This document shows, piece by piece, positions 57,958 to 64,000 of a stretch of DNA of 64,000 nucleotides (position 1 is the first letter of the stretch; each line of letters starts with the position of its first letter). The notes beneath the pieces are model-generated. The model searched no databases and had not been told where the DNA came from. It saw only the letters and a list, made by a program, of their open reading frames with translations. The position numbers and the translations under genes were made by a program. Source of the stretch: Nanohaloarchaea archaeon B1-Br10_U2g1 (GTDB lineage Archaea; Nanohalarchaeota; Nanosalinia; Nanosalinales; Nanosalinaceae); NCBI GenBank assembly GCA_001563875.1, contig LKMN01000001.1:32001-96000 (forward strand), given 5' to 3'.

Positions 57958-58013
57958 ACCGGTTAGTCGCACAGGCTGATATCTGTTTAAGTCCTCATTG
58001 TTAATATCCAGTT

Positions 58014-58505
58014 ATGGAGACAGCGGTTTTTGGTGGAGGATGTTTCTGGTGTACTGAAGCAGTTTTCCAAAGGGTTGAAGGTGTTGAGAAGGTTGTATCA
58101 GGTTATGCCGGAGGGGATACTGATAACCCGAGCTATGACGAGGTGAAGAAAGGACTTACAGGTCATGCTGAAGTAGTCCAGATAAGTTTTGATCCGGAAA
58201 AAGTTAGCTACTCTAAACTTCTGGATATCTTCTTCGATATCCATGATCCTACACAGCTTAACAGACAGGGTCCTGATACAGGCAGTCAGTACAGATCAAT
58301 TATCTTGTATCGTAACGAACAACAGAAGTGTCAGGCTGAAAAGGCTGTCGAGAGGGTGGAAAAGGATATCCAGAAAACTGTGGTTACAGAGGTTGAAGCT
58401 CTTAAAGATTTCTACTCTGCTGAGGAGTATCATCAAGACTTCTACAGTAAGAATCCGGAACATCCTTACTGTAGAATTAATATTGAGCCCAAGCTTGAGA
58501 AGTAG
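58014..58505 (+). CDS. msrA: Peptide methionine sulfoxide reductase A
   Basis: GGCFWC, GHAE, HDPT, AEEYHQ. Confidence 0.97.
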   Translation: METAVFGGGCFWCTEAVFQRVEGVEKVVSGYAGGDTDNPSYDEVKKGLTGHAEVVQISFDPEKVSYSKLLDIFFDIHDPTQLNRQGPDTGSQYRSIILYRNEQQKCQAEKAVERVEKDIQKTVVTEVEALKDFYSAEEYHQDFYSKNPEHPYCRINIEPKLEK

Positions 58506-58564
58506 GGTTTCAGAAAGGTTCCTGTTTGTAAGGTTATAAAGAAATTCTGTTACAAGTTTCGGAT

Positions 58565-60220
58565 ATGAAGCTTGAAGAGGTCGCAAGAAAGTATGCTTTA
58601 AAGAACGCTGTGGAGTACGGCGGTGAATCAAACCCGGGAGCAGTTATAGGTAAGGTGATAAACGAGACAGGGGAAGCGCCTGACAAGGTAGGTAAAATCG
58701 CTGGAAAAATCTGCGGCGAAGTGAATCAGCTTTCATTAGAGGATCAGGAAGAAGAGCTTGAAAACTACGAGTTTGAGGAAGAAGAACATGAACACGACCC
58801 TTTACCGGATCTAAAGAATGCGGAGGATGGTGAAGTTGTTGTACGTTTTGCACCGAATCCGAACGGACCGCCACATATAGGTTCAGCAAGAGGAATGTTC
58901 GTTAACGGAGAACTGAAGAATAAGTATGACGGTAAACTGGTTTTACGTTTCGATGACACTGATCCAAGGAACAAACGGCCTCTACCTGAAGCATATGATA
59001 TGTATCAGGAGGATTATGAATGGATGGGCTACGAGGTTGATGAGGTTGTACGTAGCTCAGAACAGTTCGACAAGTATATCGAACATGCTGAACAGCTGAT
59101 TGAAATAGGTAAAGCCTATGTCTCCAAGACCTCTCCTGAAGAGATGCAGAAGCACAGAAAAGAAGGAACAGCGTCAGAATACAGGAAACAGAGTCCTGAG
59201 GAGAACATGGAACTCTGGGAACAGATGAAGAATGGAGGAATAGAAGAAGGAGAGGCAGTACTGAAAATTAAGACAGATCTTGACCATAAGAATCCGGCTG
59301 TAAGAGACTTTGTAGCATTCCGTATAATAGAGAATCCTGATCATCCGATAACAGGAGACAAGTACCGTGTATGGCCATTACTTGACTTCGCAGGGGCTAT
59401 AGAGGACCATTATACAGAGACTACGCATATTGTAAGAGGAAAAGATCTACGTGCCTCTACTAAAAGACAGAAATACATCTACAACTACCTAGACTGGGAG
59501 TATCCTGAGGTACGTTACTGGGGAACCATTAAAGTATCAGGCTTTGACGCTCCTATGAGCACTTCAACTCTGGGCGAGATGATTGATAACGGCGAACTTA
59601 ACGGCTGGGACGACCCACGCGTCGGAACGGTTAGAGCGTTGAGACGTAGAGGTTTTCAGCCAGACGCCTTGAAAGAGTTCTTCCTGGAGATGGGTGTTAC
59701 CGAAAACACTGTTGAGGCAAGTCTTGAAACACTGGAATCATACAACCGGGATATAGTCGAGGATTCTGACCGCTACTTCTACGTAAGAGATCCTGTGAAA
59801 CTTGAGATAGGGAATATCCCAGAAGATCTTGAGCCAGAGATTGATAGACATCCTGATTATCCTGAAAGAGGTGTGAGGAAACCTGGTCTAAAACGTGAAG
59901 ACGGTAAAACAGTTGTGTACGTTGAATCGGATGACCTAGAAGACGGTTTCATGAGACTGAAAGGTTTATGCAACGTCAAGGTAGAGGATGGAGAAGCAAC
60001 GTATATTGAGGGAGATCACAAAGTAGCTATCGAAAAGGACGCGGATATAGTTCACTGGGTGTCAGAACATGACGAAGCCAGAGTCTTGATGCCTGATGGG
60101 AAGGAGTACGAAGGTTATGTTGAGCCTTTCGATGTGGAAGAAGGCGATATTGTCCAGTTTGAGCGTTTCGGTTTCACACGGTGTGAATCTGGAGACTTGT
60201 TTGTCTATACACATGAGTAA
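58565..60220 (+). CDS. gltX: Glutamate-tRNA ligase (archaeal type)
   Basis: RFAPNPNGP-HIG, RFDDTDP, THIVRGKD, QFERFGF. Confidence 0.96.
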   Translation: MKLEEVARKYALKNAVEYGGESNPGAVIGKVINETGEAPDKVGKIAGKICGEVNQLSLEDQEEELENYEFEEEEHEHDPLPDLKNAEDGEVVVRFAPNPNGPPHIGSARGMFVNGELKNKYDGKLVLRFDDTDPRNKRPLPEAYDMYQEDYEWMGYEVDEVVRSSEQFDKYIEHAEQLIEIGKAYVSKTSPEEMQKHRKEGTASEYRKQSPEENMELWEQMKNGGIEEGEAVLKIKTDLDHKNPAVRDFVAFRIIENPDHPITGDKYRVWPLLDFAGAIEDHYTETTHIVRGKDLRASTKRQKYIYNYLDWEYPEVRYWGTIKVSGFDAPMSTSTLGEMIDNGELNGWDDPRVGTVRALRRRGFQPDALKEFFLEMGVTENTVEASLETLESYNRDIVEDSDRYFYVRDPVKLEIGNIPEDLEPEIDRHPDYPERGVRKPGLKREDGKTVVYVESDDLEDGFMRLKGLCNVKVEDGEATYIEGDHKVAIEKDADIVHWVSEHDEARVLMPDGKEYEGYVEPFDVEEGDIVQFERFGFTRCESGDLFVYTHE

Positions 60221-60221
60221 C

Positions 60222-60608
60222 TTAGAGGGTGGTGACCTCTACTTTGTCACCGTCTTCTAAACCCAGTTTCTCTCTTAACTTTATAGGCGCTATAATCTCT
60301 ACTACGTTGTCTTCATAGTCTGTAACATCTATATCTATGTAGTATGCGTTAAAGCCTTCTATTTTTACAGGGTATAGGTCTAGTCCGCTGTAGCCGGTAT
60401 TGTTCTTTCTAAATCCAGGAATTCTTGCTTTTTCAGTTGTTTCTGCAAGTTTCTGAGTCTTTTTATCGTCTACGTTGAGGTTCAGTGTTCCTGGGAACGG
60501 TCTGAAACCGGTTTTATCTTTAATTCTTTCTTGATACTCTTCCATGGAGAGATATTCCTTTGCAACCTCCATTCCCGAGAAAAGTCTCCCTTCTAGCCTC
60601 ACTGTCAT
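60222..60608 (-). CDS. ribK: CTP-dependent riboflavin kinase
   Basis: PFPGTLN, EIIAP..LR..L.DGD. Confidence 0.9.
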   Translation of the reverse strand: MTVRLEGRLFSGMEVAKEYLSMEEYQERIKDKTGFRPFPGTLNLNVDDKKTQKLAETTEKARIPGFRKNNTGYSGLDLYPVKIEGFNAYYIDIDVTDYEDNVVEIIAPIKLREKLGLEDGDKVEVTTL

Positions 60609-60647
60609 TCTATACTCAGAGTGAGAATTTTAATTATAGTGTTTTAA

Positions 60648-61001
60648 TCACGGATCCTGTCCCTTGAAGTCGTCTATCTCGTAGTTTTCTCTCAACAGTT
60701 TTTCAACTTTCTCTAGCCGGTTCATGTCAACCTCTTTGGGCAGATAACGGTTTGGCGAACTAGACTCGGTTCTCACCTTTACAATATCTAGTTCATTTAA
60801 GATGCTTAGAGATGATCCTGCTGCCGGTATGCTCAAGGGAAAGTTTTCTGAGATCTTGTTGGCTGTAAAGGACATATTTTTCTTGACTGTATAATATCTT
60901 ACAGCGGACTTCACCAGATAGAAATTGTTGGTGAATACTTTGAACTTTCTAGGATATACGTCCTTAAGCTTTACAGTATCCTGTTTCAGTTTCTCATCCA
61001 T
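60648..61001 (-). CDS. Putative winged-helix protein
   Basis: FTANKIS..AGSSLSILNEL..V..PNRY pattern. Confidence 0.55.
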   Translation of the reverse strand: MDEKLKQDTVKLKDVYPRKFKVFTNNFYLVKSAVRYYTVKKNMSFTANKISENFPLSIPAAGSSLSILNELDIVKVRTESSSPNRYLPKEVDMNRLEKVEKLLRENYEIDDFKGQDP

Positions 61002-61281
61002 CTATACAACTTCATTTTACAACCTAACATAGATAAAGATCAGAGATGTTTGTTTTTGAGAAAAATCTGGTATAAAAATAAGAAGTAAAAAGATAAGTTC
61101 TGGTAGGTGTAGAGGTTTTTAGGCTGGTTCTTCTTTTTTCTTTGGTGTTTATTTTATTTTAGTTTTGTTCTCAACGGTTTTGCCGTTTTTTATGGAACTT
61201 TTTGTAGTTTTTTATGTTTCTTTGTTATTTTTCGAGGTATTGGATGGTTGTATCAGGGTTTTAATCTGATGTGAAGTGTTT

Positions 61282-61530
61282 CTCCTCTTTTTTGGAGGAG
61301 TTGAGAATTATTTTGTTTCGGTCAAGTCCTTGACGTCAAACCCGCTTAGTTGCGGGTTAAATCAGGGGATCCTGACCTACTCCTTCATTATCCTGCAATA
61401 TTGTGCAGGATAAAGCTATATGAGTTATAGAAGTAGCTCACTTCGTCCTTAGACTTCTTGGACTGATTCGTAAATGCGCCGGGACGTGTGTGAGCCATTC
61501 GCATATACCTTACTTGTAGCGACGCATTTA
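61282..61530. ncRNA. Hairpin-rich intergenic RNA candidate
   Basis: At least six inverted repeats in 250 nt, including a perfect 10 bp stem. Confidence 0.4.
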
Positions 61531-61670
61531 AAAAAGTTTCTGAGAATGGTAAATAGTTTTTCTCTTATTAGTATCATGGCGATAAGCACCCTATATTGAG
61601 GAGATATTTCTAGAAACTGTTGCCAAACAAAGCGCTTTATATTAAAAGCTGGCCGCTTAACACGATACTC

Positions 61671-61931
61671 ATGGTACAGTTTGAGACAATTGAGAGAGAA
61701 CGTAAAGACTACGGAAACTTTCCTGGAGAGAAGTTTATCGAGGTAAGCAGAAACAAAGTAATCAAAGACAACGGTGATGAGAATACTTTCTTGCAGGTTG
61801 CGACAGGTTACTACAACAACGATGAAGAACCTCAGTACAAGAAACGTTTTACGGTCCCTACGGATGAGAAAGCAGTAGACCACGTAGTTGAAGAACTGCC
61901 AAAGATGTTTGAAAAAGAAGTCTCAGAGTAA
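61671..61931 (+). CDS. Small protein, possible PC4/Pur-like single-strand nucleic acid binding fold
   Basis: Beta-rich FIEVSR..FLQVATGYY..YKKRFTVP then helix; TATA 61635-61644, leaderless ATG. Confidence 0.55.
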   Translation: MVQFETIERERKDYGNFPGEKFIEVSRNKVIKDNGDENTFLQVATGYYNNDEEPQYKKRFTVPTDEKAVDHVVEELPKMFEKEVSE

Positions 61932-61964
61932 TCTGACTCTATACTGTTCCGTCATTTATTTTCT

Positions 61965-62720
61965 TTATTGGGTTCTACATCTTGCTAGGAATTTAACGAA
62001 AACCAGCCATGAGAGAGCTGCCAAAACAAAGCTGTATACAGAGAAAACATGGCTGGATATTTCCGAGTAAACTGTTGAAGTTATAAGAACTAATAGGCCA
62101 ACAGCTGTAAGGTATTTTAGAAAAAATCTCTGATACCTAGTGTTCTCAGGTCGAGCATTAGTTATCAGATTCCCTCTTACTTTCAGATCTGAGTAAGGAT
62201 GAAGCCATTTGACGCCTGACCTAGTACAGCTGTCCTGAACAAGGTGAAGAAATGCACCAAGTAAATATCCTGACAGGAATATACTCAGAAAGTGTATAGA
62301 GAAGAGATCAAAGAAGATTAGGAAAGGCGTAATATATATACCAGTAACCAGTGTTGAAGTAGATATACCGAGTATAGAATGCATAAAACCTCTATGTTTC
62401 ATCTTTAAACTATTTTCTGAAAAAATAAGTGTGTTGAAGACTATTACTGAAGGTTTGTAGATACAGTACTTTGTTAAATAACCGAATAAAGGGAAAATCA
62501 ATGCAAAAGTGTTTAAGGCTGATAGAGGACCGCTATTTCGGAACTCTTTAACCTCTGTATGGAATATAACGGCGTCACGACTATCAATATCTGGTATTAA
62601 AGATCCTATAATACATCCTGCTATTGAAATTAGTACAGCTTCTGGAAAAATACTAAATAAAGGTATTATTACCATTAGGAACGTTAAAGTAGAAAGTAGA
62701 AGGTGATGGCGCCCTAACAT
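61965..62720 (-). CDS. YdjM-like membrane metal-dependent hydrolase
   Basis: H at N-term, GSLIPDID, HRGFMHS, HLVQD. Confidence 0.85.
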   Translation of the reverse strand: MLGRHHLLLSTLTFLMVIIPLFSIFPEAVLISIAGCIIGSLIPDIDSRDAVIFHTEVKEFRNSGPLSALNTFALIFPLFGYLTKYCIYKPSVIVFNTLIFSENSLKMKHRGFMHSILGISTSTLVTGIYITPFLIFFDLFSIHFLSIFLSGYLLGAFLHLVQDSCTRSGVKWLHPYSDLKVRGNLITNARPENTRYQRFFLKYLTAVGLLVLITSTVYSEISSHVFSVYSFVLAALSWLVFVKFLARCRTQ

Positions 62721-62840
62721 ACTAAAGCTTGCCGTGGCGCTGGCTTATAAAATCGAGACGGTTTCTAAGCTGTAGCTTAACCATGTTTGAAACTGGTGAG
62801 AAGGGACAAATTAATATTAACTAAGGAAAATTTTCTGAAT

Positions 62841-63752
62841 ATGAGACTAAACAACGCGGTAATCTTCATGGCTATTCTGGCTTTTTCAATAAACTCGGTA
62901 GCAGCTTCGGACATGTGCGAGGAAAGGATAACGGAGCTTGAGATGGATTTAGAACATAGTTTAGCTGAGGCAGAGTCCCAGGAAGAACAGGAGGAGATAA
63001 CTGACGAGTACGAGATGATGATAAATCAAGTAGAGGAAGAATGCGGGGCACAGGATGATAGCTCTGATACTGTAGAGGAGGTTAGAGATGATATAGATCA
63101 CGAAGATCATCAGGCTTCAACCTCTCTAAGCTTTGAAGAGAGAAAGGAGGAGGTTCTTGAGAGTCTGAATGAGTCCGGCGATTATCTGTATGAGGAGATG
63201 CATGAAGAATGTGGGGAGCTTGGAAGATCTCCTGAAGAGTATATGGAGAGGGTAGAAAATGCTGAGGATGAGCGCGAACTGGAAGAGGTAATGGGTCAGA
63301 TGGATGAAGTAGGTCTAGCTGTACAGGACTGTATTAGACAGTTAGGAGATCATGAAGATTCTGACCAACCCTCTTTCGAAGAAGCCGTTGAAGATGATAT
63401 TTCGGATCAAGACTCACCTAATCATGAAGAAGTAACTCCTGAAGACCTTGAAGATATTGAAAAATCCTTCACGGGCCTTAAAGAAGAGCTGGAGAGAAAG
63501 AATGAAAGGATTGAAGATCTAGAGCAAAGAGTCGAAGAGCTTGAAAATCAGTTGCAGGGAACTAGCCAAGAAACAGATGAACAACAAGAATCTATAGAAG
63601 ACTCTCTAGAGAAACAGAGCTCCACGGGCACTGATGAAGAGGTAGATGATAGGAATCAAAGCAGTGAACAAGATGGCCTAGATGCTGAGCCTACAGAAAA
63701 TAGGTCTCAGGCGGAAGGACTAGCTAGAAACCTTGCCAACAGGCTGTTTTAG
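62841..63752 (+). CDS. Secreted highly acidic helical/coiled-coil protein
   Basis: Signal peptide from ATG 62841, four Cys, coiled coil, amphipathic tail. Confidence 0.75.
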   Translation: MRLNNAVIFMAILAFSINSVAASDMCEERITELEMDLEHSLAEAESQEEQEEITDEYEMMINQVEEECGAQDDSSDTVEEVRDDIDHEDHQASTSLSFEERKEEVLESLNESGDYLYEEMHEECGELGRSPEEYMERVENAEDERELEEVMGQMDEVGLAVQDCIRQLGDHEDSDQPSFEEAVEDDISDQDSPNHEEVTPEDLEDIEKSFTGLKEELERKNERIEDLEQRVEELENQLQGTSQETDEQQESIEDSLEKQSSTGTDEEVDDRNQSSEQDGLDAEPTENRSQAEGLARNLANRLF

Positions 63753-63849
63753 AGGTCTTTACAAAATCTTATTTTCTTCTTTAATTCGCAGTATTAAAAC
63801 TTAAAGTAAGATTTACCAAAAATAGAAACAGCTTTATAGAGGTTTCAAC

Positions 63850-64000
63850 TTGAACTACCAGCTAAGAAATCTTTATCCAGATAATTTCTACATAAATGCT
63901 CTAGAAATCCTAGAGTCTGTCTCTCAGAAGGACTATCCTCCGCTTTATCACAGGATGTCTGTAAAGGCCGTGAGAGGTTTTTATGGTATCAACAGGCGCA
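63850..64000 (+). CDS. Partial hypothetical ORF running off the window
   Basis: GAGGT then TTG, open to window end (MNYQLRNLYPDNF...). Confidence 0.4.
   Translation, partial: MNYQLRNLYPDNFYINALEILESVSQKDYPPLYHRMSVKAVRGFYGINRR

Noticed and set aside
50640-57960. Integrated element between the two tRNAs
   Set aside because: No integrase, no duplicated tRNA end, content is housekeeping
58860-58895. HIGS instead of HIGH in GluRS
   Set aside because: Variation at the last position is common in class I synthetases; rest of protein intact
61282-61530. RNase P RNA, SRP RNA or hammerhead ribozyme
   Set aside because: No GAGGAAAGUCC P4, no SRP helix 8 motif, no CUGAUGA/GAAA core on either strand

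Overview
Compact, low-GC archaeal chromosome segment with a strongly acidic proteome, many leaderless or GGTG-SD genes and frequent convergent overlaps; most consistent with a Nanohaloarchaeota (DPANN) genome (inference). It carries the full A-type ATP synthase operon (H-I-K-E-C-F-A-[small ORF]-B-D), translation genes (trm1 partial, aRF1, valS, metG, gltX, gatCAB, alaX, rps17e, ABCE1, NusA-like), ftsZ2-like, pyk, alpha-glucan phosphorylase, trxB, msrA, dcd, ribK, two tRNAs (Arg-TCG, Gly-GCC) and several secreted or hypothetical proteins. No CRISPR array, rRNA or intact mobile element was seen. Highlights: (1) ftsZ is flanked by structured RNA on both sides: upstream an array of hairpins with different stems but the same UUGGGC loop, downstream a nested stem with unpaired C-tracts; (2) ABCE1 has no cysteines in its Fe-S domain; (3) metG, and probably ATPase subunit I, start at a non-canonical ATC codon; (4) a YbaK editing domain fused to a GatB tail directly after gatB; (5) a surface protein with an ALK/LTK-like glycine-rich domain; (6) an uncharacterised cluster (giant split TIM barrel, coiled-coil protein, NTase-HEPN); (7) a second hairpin-rich intergenic RNA candidate and a shared palindromic promoter motif. 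All family assignments are from motif reading and recall, not database searches.
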